In this document: positions 1 to 13,899 of the stretch, piece by piece
Layout of the letters: every line of letters begins with the position of its first letter
How positions within the stretch are numbered: the stretch's first letter is position 1
Source: Camelus dromedarius
Taxonomy: Eukaryota
NCBI RefSeq assembly: GCF_036321535.1
Contig: NC_087437.1
Span: 13,642,001 to 13,706,000, forward strand
Length of the DNA stretch: 64,000 bases
Direction: 5' to 3'
Notes under the pieces: model-generated
What the model saw: the letters and a program-made list of their open reading frames with translations, nothing else
Told to the model about the DNA's origin: nothing
The model's database searches: none
Position numbers and translations under genes: made by a program

Positions 1-774
1 TGGTGCTAGAACCTTCCAGGTGGCACCTCACCCTCCAGAGTCTCGTTCCTCATCCAGTAGTGTTAATGTGAATCTCTTTGTGCACAGTGATTGGCTTTAA
101 AGAAAGACTGTTCTAAGAAAATAAACCTTGTCCTAAAAATGTACCCAGGATTTGTTGAAGTCAAGACACTGAGACACAACATAAATGATTGTCATGAACG
201 AAGAGGTTTATACTCAAGTTCACCAGAAACGGAGAATTTTGGTTTAGTTGATGTTGTTGGCTCCGGATTGGTTGGTTTGTATATCAAAGGTGCACTCACA
301 GGAAGTAACTTACAATCTCCAGGCATCAGATAGCCTGGGAAGGTCAGTGTCCCCAGGATGAAGGCCCCAAATGCCAGAGCATCAAGAATACAAAAAGTAA
401 GAAAATAGAGTCTGGACCAGTCACAGCATGACTCTTACAAAGTCTCGGCTTATATCATGTTTGCTAAGACCCCACTGAACAAAAGCAAATCATGTGATCA
501 ATGCAAGAGATAATATAGGAGGGGAGTAAACAAAGGCATGAACATGATAGACATTGTCCATTGTGGACCATCAGTGTAATAGTTACTACATAAATACTTC
601 GAATGAATGGATATTTGCCAAAGTCAACAGTGATCGCCCCTGCGGTCCAGAGCTATTTATTTTGTTCTTTTATTCTACTTTGTCCTTTCACCCTAAAGAG
701 TTTCAACAGGGAACGTGCACTATTTTTGTAATAAGAGCAAAGCCAAAATTAATTAACTGAATAAATACTGCTGT

Positions 775-1210
775 CTCCCATGAGATTACCGAGGAGCAGA
801 ACCTAACTTTAGGATTCTTGTGCAAGTGATTTAGTGCCCCCATGAAAAAACCAACCATCGGGGAGTGAGAAAGCAGGACTGGACCGGTGAGGGAGCTGAG
901 CAAGAGCGTGATCTCAGATCTCCAGCGTGGAGCTCTGCAGGGTGGACAGCACCACCAAGATGGCTCACCTGGAGGCAATGTTTTGTTTTGTTTTGTTTTA
1001 ACTCACTTAGTTATTGGCTGTGGCTACCCCTGGGGAAGGGGGTATAACCTCTCAGACATCTCCTGGAAATATAAGACCCATAGTGGAGAGCAAGTCTCTG
1101 GAGAAGAATGCAGCGTTCAGCCCTTATGAGGCAAACTCAGAGCAGCAGTGGGATAGGTGTACCCCCCTCTATAAACCAGACCACCGTCATTTACTCCAGC
1201 TACTACAGCT
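775..1210 (-). mobile_element. ERVL LTR relic (LTR16-like)
   Basis: Diagnostic motif aggattcttgtgcaagtgattt...ggggagtgagaaagcagga, shared with other copies in the window. Confidence 0.55.
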
Positions 1211-3092
1211 TGTCCCACAGCCTACTGTGGAACACATACTCCAGATATGCCCTCTAAACAGAGACTAGACGTCAAATAATGCACACTGATGAATGAGTGT
1301 TAAGTATATGGGACTCAGAATTTCTGTTGTGTATATCCTGTGAATTCTTTCTGACTTTGGGGGGTGGGATTCTAGGGACCATGCCAGGATATTATAGATC
1401 AAACATCACCTTTTTCTCTTTGAATAGTTCTGTGACTCTGATGAGAAGGCACATTTTGCTAAACTTTCCAAAAAATTTGTTTCCTCTAGGCTGAAATCAT
1501 GCATGAGAAATTCCAAGGGGATCATTTCTTCTAAAGTTTACAGGCCTAAATTATAAGCTCAAGTCAATAAGTTCGATGTCTAAAAATTCTAAAAATAGGG
1601 GTGGATGATAAGAGCGCCTTCTCAACCAAAACCACAAGCTTCCCTCTGCCGCACTCCGAGAAAGCAGCAGAAACTAATCTTTCTCTCCAAGTGGAAAAAT
1701 GGGTAATAGAAATCCACCAGATGCCTTGGATTTTGTGGACTGACAATGTATTTCCATCAATCTCATTTATTTGTGTCTGAAGTCTTATTTTCAGGCCATT
1801 ACCTTCAAATACCAAATCAGGCCATACCCACCAAAATGCTCTGGGAGGAAGAAATGTTGTTTATTGGCAGACATGCTTGTTTTCTGGTTTTTGTCTTCAG
1901 TGATAACCAATTTTCACTGAAGGAGAGAGAGAGATGATGGCTTATGGAATTTTAAGTAAGCAATCTGATAGAGGTTCCTGGAAACATTCAGGAGTCTGGA
2001 GGTCTCTGTTAGGTGAGCTACAGACAGAACAGAGAATGGCCACGTCGAAAGGGCTCCAGCTTACGAGATGGAGGAACAGACAATGAAAAATGCGACGAGG
2101 TTTCCAGCGCTGCCATGGTCCAAGGGAGATGGGCTGGGAGGCCAAAGCGTTGCCCTCCCAGCTTCTTCCCAAACCCCACTGCCTTCAACAACCAACCTAT
2201 ATGACTGGCCAGAAAGAAAATAATTGAGGCCAGAAAGAGAAAAAACATGGGCACACAGCTACACGCTGGCTGGAGAGACAGCCAAGACTAACCCAGAAGG
2301 ACAATGGCCTTTCTGAATCACACTGTTCAACCACTGATTAAATATAATTGCATTCTTTTTCAAAATAGGTAAGTTTTACACAATTTTAGAATTTTTTATA
2401 TACATAAATCCACAGGAAATAAATAAACAAATCTTTGAACAGATTATCTTTCTTGTTCACGATCTGAAAAATTCAACTGTCCTACTTTCTTCATGAAAGA
2501 TTTGCATGGAGGCACATGTTTAGTAAACGAGTTTTTTCTGTTTCCAAGCTTCTGATTCCAATTGTTTCTCAATCTCTTCCCTTCCTGTCCCTCTCTCATT
2601 CTTTCTCTTTCTCCCTCTTTTCCTCCTTCCCCCTGTCTTCCTCTCTACTCCAATAAAAAGGTTGACAATCTGTCCCTTCCCCTTCTCACAGGGTCACTGT
2701 GGGCCATCTGGGCCTGTGATCTCTGGTCACACCTCGGGGACCCTCTGTAGGATAATAACAGTCCTTTGAAGATGCCAGCTGCTCTTCCTATTCCTGGGAA
2801 GTCGAAGGAGACAACACCACATGCTGACACTTCCTCCCGCTGCAAAGCTGGCTTTGGAAGGAGGATGAGATCAGCGGGGATGCTCTGATGCTGGCCGGCA
2901 AGCTGACTCCACCTGGCAGGGGTCCAGGAAGGAAGGGTGTTCACAGTCCCAGGGGGCATCGTCTCTTGGGTGCTGCTCATCTTCCAGTGGCAGGATGCAG
3001 CAGCTGCCAGCAGACAGAGTGAAGAACATATTATAGATTCCACTCCAAAACCCGAAGTTTCAAGTCAGGTCTAGTTATTTCACTTGGAATAC

Positions 3093-3169
3093 GTCAAGTG
3101 AAACCTCACAAAATTGCCAATATTTGGCTACTTTGACCTAAAGAAAGATCCGACCTAATTTCAACCTAA
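3093..3169. mobile_element. MADE2-like mariner MITE
   Basis: aaattgccaatatttggctactttgacctaaagaaa...ttcaacctaa resembles the ~80-bp MADE2 consensus. Confidence 0.65.
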
Positions 3170-4309
3170 TGAAACCTAATCTATCCTGTATGATGTCTCT
3201 GAATGACAAGGAAGTCATGGCAGAGAAGGAATACCTTTGGAGGACCTCCATTCACCATATTGACTGCATCACTTCCAGGATCAAAAATGCTCAGTGGATC
3301 CCTGTTAACTCCATGATAAAGTCTACATCCCTCACAGCAGCAAGCAAAGCCCTCTTCAAGGGCCTCAGCCTACCTATGAGTAGTGTTCATTCCTGCTTCC
3401 CAGCACCCATCCAACCTGTCTTCCCAACCTTTCCAAACCTCTCCTCTTGGGAAACCTCCACCTCTTGCAGGGTAAGCCATAAGAGTTTGCCAAAAGTTTC
3501 CAACTTGCCTCCAATTCTTTTACACATTCAACTTGTCTTCCTAAAAGCAAAGGGTAACAGACATAGGACCTATAATCAAAGCATGTTGAAGAAGTTGACA
3601 TTCTTATTCCAGAACTTGAATATTTGTTTCAAATCGACCTCACAAATTCCAAAGGCAGTTCTGAGTTTCTGTTCAAGCAGCATGACATCGCTTGATCTTC
3701 AACCAGTAAAAGAACGGATATGACCAGATAAGCCTCAGTCCAGGGGACTCATCCACAGGACTGAGGAAACTGACAATTGTGCATTTTCCAGGCAATACCA
3801 TCCAGAATTCCTGGGAGGAAAAAATAATTAATGCTTTGCCAGTACCTTAGGTGGGGGCACTCACATTGGTTCTTCCTTCAGGAGTTCTTCAGGTTATTGG
3901 TTTCATGGAAAATTGGCCTTTCTAGTACCATGTACTTCCATAATAGTGATGGACCATCTGAATCATGAGAAGTCAGAGCCCAGATGGCTGTCTTGCTAGT
4001 ACTCACACCGTGAGGTCATTGGTCTGGTTAGGGACCGCAAACATGTCTCCTACAGAGGCCCAGTGCCCTTGACTGGCTCTCTTCCCAGAGGTTCTACAGA
4101 CCACAGTACCCATGTCACACTCTGACCCTAACAATGGGCATGTGATTTATTCCCTGGGACATTACTAACTAGAACCATGTTTTATCAGAATTTTTACTCC
4201 TTCCTCTTTGCACCTATCTCTTCTCTTACTTTTTTCTAGTAAAGACTTTTTCCTTTGATTTCTTTTAACTTTCAGATAGGTTAAATCAGGGCTTGACAAA
4301 AGCCTGTTT

Positions 4310-4775
4310 AAGTCTGGGTTCCCACAGCCACATAATTTACTCCCCCAAGACACGGATTTAAGTGCAAGTCATTTATCTGGAAGGTAATCCCAGCAAATAC
4401 TTTTGGGGAGTGGGAAAGTGAGACAGGTAAGGAAAGGAGCCAGGAAAGGGTTCAAAATCAATCAAGTCATCCCTGAGGGCAACTGAACCCTAAACAGCTG
4501 AGGAGCTCTGGGAGCCAGTGTAGATCACATGCTTCAGAGTTATCTCAGCTGAGGGGTACAAGGAAAACAGAATATGTATACTTACCCCCTTCGTCACTGG
4601 GGGAGAGCTGCTGAGAAGGGAGTGTGGTGAATTCCACAAATTTTTGGTCATCTGGCAGATGTGCAAAGGGAGCTTTGGGCCAGAGAAATGTGCCAGCAAA
4701 ATAAATGCTGGCAGTTAGAAGGTAAGGGAATGAGAAGCCAGGAGTGGGGGAAGGATATTGACAGTGTCTGCTACA
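4310..4775 (-). mobile_element. ERVL LTR relic (LTR16-like)
   Basis: ggatttaagtgcaagtcatttatctggaaggtaatcccag...ggggagtgggaaagtgagacagg; ends gtctgctaca. Confidence 0.7.
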
Positions 4776-5243
4776 CAGCTAAAACTCAATTAAAGAGAAA
4801 AATAAAGTAAAGGCATCAGGAAAGACAAAGTGGGAAAGATGCTAATCAGAGAAGAAGCTCCGTTACAGAATCTTAGAAGGGTAGTTAATCCACTCCTGAT
4901 TTCCAGTGAAGAGCATCCATAAATTATCCTGACATGGCACTTGTAGAAGAGGAGGCTCCAGGTTTCCTAGCTGAATCTTTGAGGCTCCATCCCACTCTTT
5001 CCACAGCTTTGGTCCCCATCGTTTTCTAACTCTCACCTCTTTTCTTCAGTTAGACTCCTCTCCGTCCTGCTCAGCGTGCTCGTTGCAAATGCCATGCCTT
5101 CCCTCCAGCTGCACAGCCTGGCTGGGGTCCTCTCCACATCACGAGAACTCCCCACCTTTAGGACCTAACTAGAACCTCTTCTGCCCCGTGAGGTCTCACC
5201 ATTGCTGACTGTCCCTCCCAGGAGATCTCTCCTTGCTGGTGCT

Positions 5244-5780
5244 TGCGGTGGGCAGAACAATGGCCCCAAAGACGTCCACGTCCTGATTCCAGAGATCTTG
5301 GCAGAAGGGACTTTGCAAATATGATCAAGTTAATGATTTTAAGATGAAGAGATTATTTTCAATTGTCTGAGTGGGCCCAATGTAATTAAAAGTGGCCTTA
5401 TAAGAAGAGTCAGAGCCAAAGAGAAAGAACCTGAGGACGTGACCCTATTTGGAAACAAGATCACGGGCCCTAAATTTGGGATGACTGGTGCCCTTATAAG
5501 AAAAGGAGAGACAACCAGAGAGAATCCCATTTAACGATGGAAGCAGAGACTGGATTGATGCATCTGAAAACCAAGGAATGTCAAGGACTGTCAACAACAC
5601 GGGAAGCTAAGAGAAAGGTGTGGAACTGATTGTTCCCCCAGAGCCTTCAGAGAAAGCATGGCCTTGCCAACACCTTAATTTGGACTTCTAGCCTCCAGAA
5701 TTATTAGAAAATAAATTTCTATTGTTTTAAGCCACTCAGTTTTTAGTACTTTGCTAACAGAAGCCCTGGGAAATTAATTC
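5244..5780 (+). mobile_element. MaLR LTR (MLT1; composite MLT1D/MLT1B-C-like)
   Basis: tgcggtgggcagaacaatggccccaaaga start; ggacttctagcctccagaa...aataaatttctattgttttaagccac near the end. Confidence 0.85.
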
Positions 5781-5784
5781 ACGA

Positions 5785-5900
5785 CTTAACAGAATTGTTG
5801 TGAAGATTAAATTTGACAATACATGTAAAGTTCTTAGACCATATCCTGGCATGTTGGAAGTGTTAAGTGGAGGTTAGTTAGCATTATTGCTTCATTAGTA
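5785..5900 (+). mobile_element. MIR SINE fragment
   Basis: MIR 3' motif ttgttgtgaagattaaa...atacatgtaaagttcttag. Confidence 0.7.
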
Positions 5901-7739
5901 TTAGCCTTATTAACATTCATTTTTAAAATGCTAGTAGAATGACCACCGGCACATTTCTTTAAGTGTCTCATGTGCAGAGATGGCGTCTCCTATCTCCTCA
6001 GTGATAATAAACCTTTAAAATTGTTTTTTCAGTTTTAATTCTACATTGCTACATCTTACATAAAAAAAGGCTCTTAAGGGTCCTCAATAATTTTGAGAAG
6101 TAAAAAAGGGTCCAGAGACCAAAATGCTTGGGAAATTCTGGAATAGTAGCTATACCAAAAGACGTCTCATGTACTTTTAATCGTTCACACAGCTGGTCTT
6201 CACTCAGTATGTAGTTTTCCAACAAAATCGATGGTGTCAGTCCTCTGTGGGGTTGGACTCAGACAGTGAGATTCCAGAAAATTCTTTCATGCTTCAACAC
6301 TGGCTGGGGTAAGAGTATGCATATATTTAAGTGTGGCCTGTGGACTTGTGTGTATATCTGTGTACAACAATTCCACCACTTAATAAATACATCCCAGTTG
6401 AAATTTTAGGAATGAGCAAGAATAGAAATAGAAGAAGAATCCAACTGCGTTACATGCTGGAGACAAGTTTAGTTGCAGGGAAAGGAAGACAAGCGAAGAA
6501 GAGAAATGATTTGGGCTACAAAGAGCTCACCATCCTCACACACAAGCACGTGGAGAAATTCACTTTGAGATTCTCTCACTTCTTTCCTTTTTTTATTTTG
6601 GGAAGCCATCAAAATTACTTGTAATATTGTGCACAATTCCAGAATCCAGTCAAAAATATCCAGACAAACTTGTCACAGCTTAGACCAAGGTAAGATTTTA
6701 TTCCCTGCCTATGGGGCTCAGAGAAGAAGCCACAACAGCCTGGTATGTTATCTGAATCCAGTATCTCTCAGCAAGAAGGCCATCTCTATAATTTTACAGG
6801 ACTCCACGGTCCCCACACTGAAGTGCTCATCTCTCACCCCCATCCTGGGTCTTTAGGACCCCGAAAGGGAGTCCACGCTGACACGGCCAGACCACCAAGG
6901 AGGCAGCCTCCGAATGCTTACTTGATTCTGACCATTGTGTTTCGGCGGTTTCAGTTCCCAATAGCCTGAGAATCCATGGGTAAACAGGGACAAGACCCAA
7001 GCACACTTTGTTTTGAGAAAAAAGATATTTTGTCCCGATCCCTAATCCTTTTTTCATGGAAGAATAGAATTTATATTTGTTGAATCATCCCTGTTCTTGC
7101 CAGAGAAGAGAAGACGTGTCAGCGCCGCGGAAGGCACTAATCCCCCGGCTAATTCCTTGCAGATGTGTTCTTAAAAGGGCCTGAAATATGAGCCCTGATT
7201 GCCCCTGAGCATTGCCGCAGTGAACTGAGGACTCTGCCCGGGAGCTGGAGGGTGACCTCAGCTGGGGGAGCCACTTTCGTGCATATTTGCAAAACGAATG
7301 TTCCCATGCAGTAGTTCTATTTCAGCCTTCCTAAACGTCGCGTTATCATCTCTTTGGCAAAAGATGCTCTGCCTTAAATTTAATGGTCTTGATAATGATG
7401 CTGATAATAATAACAGTAATAATGGCACTACCGATGATAATGATAATTGGCTTGCTGAACCATGAGGGCCTGTATTTTGTATTGTATTTCTTCTTCCAGT
7501 CATTTCCCTAGCCTGTAACAACACTCTAGGAAGATGTCATAATTTTATGATCACTGTCAGTTATAATAAGCTGAGATCTAGGACAATTCACTGTCATCTG
7601 CTTAATCAGACATCTAATCCATTTTCCCCTTTATCTAATATCCTCTTGATACTTCCCTCTCTGTTTGGGAGAAAGGGATTTTCTCGCCTGTTCCACGGAG
7701 AAAACCTCAAGACATCTCACTAGACTAAATATCTCCTTA

Positions 7740-7885
7740 AAATCTGAAGGTTGCTTTGTCCCTACCCCAGCCTTTGATTTTATATTTGTGTCTGGTTTAT
7801 TCACTGCTGGATCCCAGGTACCTAGTACAGTACCTGTCATAGAATATGTGCTCAGTAGGTACTTGTTGAACCTGTCGTTGATCGA
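7740..7885 (+). mobile_element. L2 3' end
   Basis: ttcactgctggatcccaggtacctagtacagtacctgtcatagaatatgtgctcagtaggtacttgttgaa. Confidence 0.7.
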
Positions 7886-9454
7886 ATGTCCTTGACCAGG
7901 GAAGGGATGTGACTGGGGAATGTGGAAAGTTAGCAGAACCAGTCTGGCTGCCCACACTTCATAAGCCCTAGAGGAAGTGTCAGGCCACCAATTCTTTTCA
8001 GCTTCATTTGGATTTGGGGGGGCTAGCACCACTCCCCAAATTATTTCACATTTCTTTTTCTTCAGTCTTTACATCTAATCCCAGGGCATCAAGAAAGTTA
8101 GGCTGAACATTCTGTTCCAATAATGAACCAAAAATAATGACTCCTACTATTTGCTCAGCTCATACTGTGCTCCAGGCACTGTGGGTGTATCACCTTAGTT
8201 TCTTACCACCTCTCTGCAAGACAAGGGTTATAGCCTGTGTTTTCATATGAAGCCACAGAGAGCTTAAGGAATGTGTTCAAGGTCACAAAAGTCATGTCGT
8301 CACCTTAGGTGAGTCATTAGTTCTTAAAGTGATTACATGCAGAAATAAAAAGGACTCTGCAAGTTAAATCAACGAATAGTTTGAAATAAATATTTTTACC
8401 CATGATTTTTATTTTATCTTATCCTTCTCTTCACAGCTTTACTAACCCCCTTGTTTGTCTTGTCTAAGTAAAATAGCACCAAATAAATTAATAAATATAA
8501 ATAAACTTTAACACATTTGACACACAATGGCTTCATTCTCTCTCTCTTTCTTTTCCTCTCTTTGATTTGAGAAGAATTAGTTTAAACATAATCCATGGTT
8601 CCTGAAATGTAACCATCATTGATCCTCGGGCCTTCTTTTAGGTACTATCATTATTTTTATTTTGGATATTATAATTATTTTCTAAATAATATAACACCTA
8701 CAAACCCGCTATCCAATGACATAAAAACTAGAATCCCAGCTATAATTTGTACTTATCTATATGCTTGTGTTCCTTCTATATCCCAGTTCCCCATCATATT
8801 TCAACCCTCAAAATGGTACCTCCAACCTCAACCTTGTGATTACCAGTACCTTGCTTTTCTGTTTATTGTTTGGGGCTGCGTTCTCCAATAATGCAATGAG
8901 ATAGAATAAATTGTCCTACTTACTTTAGCTGGTCTTTTAGACAGTGAGTTCACTGGCCTAGTAAATATTTCTAACCTTTCCTGAAATCACACTATTCTTT
9001 AAGATTTAAAAATAAGCAAACTTTAAATTATCCAGCTAGTCTTCCAGAAAGGAAGAAAAAAAAAAATCACAAATCTTGGTATCTTAATGTTGTCTCTGAC
9101 TTCAATCTCTCCCTCACCTCCAAGTTCTAATTTTGACTCTTGGATAGTTTGCATTTAGACCTGGAGCAACGTAACTTGGATCGATTGTCCAAATTCTACC
9201 ACACTTCAGATTATTTCCCTGAGGGATGTTCTTAAATCACCAGCTCCCTAGGTAAGCCCAAGACTGCAAAGACACAGACTTTGAGGAGAATCACACGGAG
9301 TTTGGTTTTCAGAAGCCAGAACCTTCTGAAGGAACACATCATGGACTCTCTGTATGGGACCAGAAGAACAATTGGATCTCTAATACTCCCGGGGCATTTG
9401 GTGTAACCATACACACCACACTGAGTGACCTTCAATATTATGTATACACAAAAG

Positions 9455-9730
9455 GTAACTATTGGTTGGGAGGAGGGAGGTCAGGGAAAATAGGTAAAGG
9501 GGATTCAGAGGTACAAATTTCTAGTTACAAAATAAATAAGTCACAGGGATATAATGTACAACAGAAGGAATCCAGTCAATAGCATTGTAATAACTTCATA
9601 TGGCAACAAGTGGTAACTGATAGATTGTTATCACGGTGACCAATTCACAATGTAGTATATAAACATCAAATCAGTATACTGTACACCCGAAACTCATGTA
9701 ATGTCGTAGTCAACTATACGTCAATATTAA
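9455..9730 (+). mobile_element. L1 3' UTR fragment (older laurasiatherian / L1MA9-like)
   Basis: gaggtacaaatttctagttacaaaataaataagtcacagggat...tgtacacccgaaact...gtcaactatac. Confidence 0.8.
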
Positions 9731-10079
9731 CAACTATACTTTGATATTAACAAAAACACAGAAACAGAAAAGAAACTAACTAAGAAGTCAGTTCGGTTCT
9801 CCCTGTAGTATCAATGAAATATTTGATGGACTGAGAAATTGTTTGATATTCTTTCTAAATAACAATAAGTACCCTAGTACTATTAATCTTTCTTCAGAAT
9901 CCTGAGATAATGTGCTCAGCATTATAATAACAATTACAGGGAAACAACTAGGATTTGAAATGAATAATCCTTAATGATTAAGAGTTGAATAAAATTTAAT
10001 CAAATTCTTTCTAGGCAGAGGAGTGCCGAGCCAGACAGATCATTCCTGTAAGTTATCACTCATTTTCAGGAGTGCATGC

Positions 10080-10320
10080 CTGTCTCAGGTCAGTTTCCCT
10101 AAGTAGAGTCTGAGGTGGGTGTTTGGCTGCAAATGTTTAAATGAGGGAGCATTTTTAAGGAAAAAATCTGCAAGAGAGTGAGAGAGCAAAATAAGGGAAA
10201 CAAATGGATTTGGGCAAGGGGCTCAGGTCAAGTCAGTCTTTGTCCTGACCACTCCCATCCCTGGGCAGGGGAAGGCCCTAGACAAGAGGGTCCATCACAT
10301 CTAAGATGTCCCTCCTGACA
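10080..10320 (-). mobile_element. ERVL LTR relic (LTR16-like), partial
   Basis: tgtctcaggtcagtttccctaagtagagtctgagg...tgcaaatgtttaaatgaggg. Confidence 0.5.
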
Positions 10321-10364
10321 ATGCAGCCATCCCCTCTCACAGTACGATTGTGTGTGTATATGTG

Positions 10365-10720
10365 TGTATGTATGATGACAACACTTAGGGTGAACTCTCT
10401 TAGCAACCTTCAAGAATACAAAACGGTATCATTAACTATAGTCACCATGCTGTACATTAGATCTACAGAGGTCACTCATTCTGCACAACTGAAACTTTGT
10501 GCCCCTTCAAAAACATCTCCCCACTTCCTCTACCCTTTAGCCACCATTCTATTCTCTGCTTTTATAAATTCAACTTTTTTAGATTCTACATGTAAGTGAG
10601 ATCATGCAATGCATATTTCTATGCCTGGCTTATTTCAGCTAACATAATGTCCTCTAGGTTTATCCATGTTGTTGCAACTGGTAGGATCTCCTTCTTTTTT
10701 AAGTATGAATAACATTATAA
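10365..10720 (-). mobile_element. L1 3' fragment (L1MA9/10-like)
   Basis: ttaactatagtcaccatgctgtacattagatct...ttagattctacatgtaagtgagatcatgca...tggcttatttca. Confidence 0.85.
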
Positions 10721-10753
10721 ATAATATAAGATAAAGATATCACACACACACAA

Positions 10754-10834
10754 AATTACAGGCCAATATCACTAATGAACATAGATGCAAAAGTCCTCAA
10801 CAAAATATTAGCAAACCCAATCCAACAATACATA
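10754..10834 (+). mobile_element. L1 ORF2 reverse-transcriptase micro-fragment
   Basis: Translates to [27 protein letters not shown], a hallmark segment of the L1 RT. Confidence 0.9.
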
Positions 10835-11974
10835 TATTGGTATACTATATGTATGTTACATTCATATACATAATAAATAAATACATAATATTAGGTCATT
10901 CATCAGACACCTGAGTGGACCACAACTCAGTAAATATATAGGTAGATGGATGAACAGCAAGCTAGAGAACCTAGAAGGAAATACAGCAAAACGGTAGCAG
11001 TCATATATATGTTCTGGGATTCTGGAATTGCATGAGATAGTGATCTTCACCTTTTTTTGCTTTTCTATGTTTTCTAAAATGAATTTGTTTTACTTGTATA
11101 AAAAGAAAAAAAGAAATCACCCAAAATTTCTATTTCTATAAAGATGTTTCTATCAAATATCAAAGTAGTCCTAAAAGGTCTGCACTGTGATGGCAGTCAC
11201 TCAGAGCAGCGGCTCCTTTAAATGCTCCTCTGCGGTGGCTGCAGGTGCCACAGACTCCCAAAGCCTTTTAAGTCACTGCTTTCAGATCTTAGAGCCTTGA
11301 TAAATCATGTAACTTCCCTACTCTTATCTCTATCTACATATGTAACGATTGTTCTGTCCAAGTGGCCCCCAGCCCATTTTATTAATTTACTACAGTGTCC
11401 TCAGAATCCAGGATGTTTGGCACCAAAGCACAATATCAGAACTTGTCAAAGTGGCAGTCGTCAAGGCTGGAAGACCCAGAATGTAGGCGATAATTTTTTC
11501 TTCCCTGGTGTCCCTTTTAAAAATGCTTTCTTTTCTTTAAACTCCACCCATTTACATTTCAAAGTGGCACTAGGTTGCATGTCATCATTTGATTGGTAAG
11601 AGTTCTCATGAGGAAGTTACTCAACTCATAATAGACCTGCAGCAGATGTAAAAGATGAAAAAGAAATGAAGTCTTTTTTCTTCAGTACATATGCTATCAT
11701 GGGATCATCATGTTTTTTCTTCTTTTAAACTAGTAACAGGGAGAAAAGTGGTATTCAGAGCATTGAAACATTAAGTTATCTTGGCATTCATGAAATAAAA
11801 TTCATATGGTCATGATAGAGTACTAAACTCCATTTGTAATTATTACATTTGGATTTTCAAATCAATATTTGTAAGTGAAATTGATCTCTTCTTTTCTTGT
11901 CATCCTATTCAGGGCAGTTTTCTCCTTCTTTCCTTAATCAGCAATTCTTAATTTACAGGAAAAAACTTGAGAGT

Positions 11975-12430
11975 TTTTTTTAGGCCATAGAAGCAAGGAC
12001 TGAAACAGGAATTCTGTGCAACTGATTTATTGAGAGATTTCTTCCAGAGGAACCAGTAAGACAGAAATGGAAGCAGGATAGGGCAGGGGAAGAAGTTACG
12101 CCAAGATCTGGTTTAAATTGTGCTCTGGCCTCTATCTAACCCCACAGGGAGCTCTGTAGGTAAATGATGTCATAGAGCGTCCGACCTTAGGCAAGGGGGC
12201 TGGGGTTTCATCCCCTCACTACAGTTAATCATTTGCTATGTGATCCTCCAGGGGAGTGGATAGAAACTCTCAGGTATTTCTGGGTGAGGTGGCTCCCAGA
12301 GGCCAGGGACAGTTCTTCTGAGAAGGGTGCAAGTGTGAGCCATTAGGTGCCAATACTCACAGCACGTTAGGGATGGGTTCTCTAGACCATAAAAGGAGAT
12401 CTTGGTGAAGCACCAAGAGCATTCGCTATG
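11975..12430 (-). mobile_element. ERVL LTR relic (LTR16-like)
   Basis: ggaattctgtgcaactgatttattgag...agcaggatagggcaggggaagaag. Confidence 0.6.
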
Positions 12431-13123
12431 TTTTGGTTTTTCTGAACTCTGGAATACTAAAAATGTACTCATAATAATGTCACTTAAGGAACTAGAGAAT
12501 TTGTTAATGGAAAAATTATGGATAGGAAGCTCTTTGATAATATTCCCAGTAGTGTTCTTGATTATTTGTCTATTTAGACTTTCTGTTTCTTCCGAAGTCA
12601 GCTTCGGTCATTTGTATTTTCTTTAGATAACCATCTACTTGATTCAAGTTTTCAGAGTCTCAGTCATAAAGTTATGCCATATTAATTACCTTAATTCTTT
12701 TGATTTGTCCCTTCAGTTGGGCTCATCCTTCAGTTACAGTGGCTGCTGGGTGGTCTCTATCCTTCTGGTAACTTCTGTCCACTGAACTGAGGGAATTCTC
12801 GCTTCCTCTGGGAGTGGACTTTTGACTCTAGAAGAAGTACCTTCTTGACTACATTTCTAGAATTTCTTTCTAAGTTCTTTTTTTTTTTTCTTCACCAAAT
12901 GTACCAATTCTACTATATTCATGTTGGGGTGAAGAAATGCCATCTTCCTGAGGCTTGGTTAGCAATGATGCTTGCACATCAATGTGTAATAAAAGGACTG
13001 AATCCACTCTTCCATTGTTCACTTATAGTCCTCTCTTCCTCAAGGCCTTGATTAGGCAAGGTTGGAGTCAATTAGCAGCCTTCTTACTGTGCTCAGAAGC
13101 CTCCTGAGGCTTTATGAATGGAG

Positions 13124-13707
13124 GTGATGGCTTTATACTGTGTGAATTTATCTAAGCTGGAACATTTCCCCAGATTCGTTCCTTTATGGTTCTAGGTTAG
13201 GACTGGAATTGAGATTTGGAAAGTGGAAGTGTACCCACTGCAGTGTTATTAAGCTCTGAATGTAAGTGTGGGGCCCAGTGCTGACACAGCTCATACATGT
13301 CACTGGTCTCCTGGCTCTCCTGGGCCGTGAGGGGCAGCAGCTGAGTTTTCTGTTCATTCAGAGTCTACCAGATCTGCTCCTTCAGCTTCTCTGTAGTTCT
13401 GGTCCAGGTATGTGTTTAGCCCCACAGGAAAGGGCATTGGTGTCTTCTGCAGGTTACTCAGATCATTGGGATTATGTGAAATTAGGGCAAGACGGGGATA
13501 CTAGCTCATCCGTGCAGGTTTCATTTTGCTCTTTGTCTCTAACACTGCATTTTGTCTTTCCTTCCCAGTTGTCTGCCCAGGACCAGACACAAAGGCATCA
13601 GCCTTACCCAGAGCACTTAATAAGCTTCCAAGACTGTTTAAGGTCTAATCTCTTAGAATTAATAGTGGGTCTTTTTTTTTTTTCCTGATTGATCCCTGAC
13701 TGATACA
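13124..13707 (+). mobile_element. ERVL LTR (MLT2-like)
   Basis: gtgatggctttatactgtgtgaatttatctaagctggaac start; ccctgactgataca end. Confidence 0.65.
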
Positions 13708-13899
13708 AATGATCAAGCTCATTAAGCCTGACTCCTTCTTACCATAAGCTTAGTCTTTGTCTGGGAGCTTCCTTAGATCCCCTGACAATATACTTCTTTT
13801 GGATCAGTCCGTAAGTTTGTCAGATGCTGACCCTCACAGTGGACCCCGTCTAGGCTTCAGCTGAGATCCACTTGTTATCTGTACATTTCAACTCGAACT

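Noticed and set aside
3169..3723. 184-aa ORF
   Set aside because: No recognisable domain, splice context or protein-like composition; probably a chance ORF in old repeat-derived DNA.
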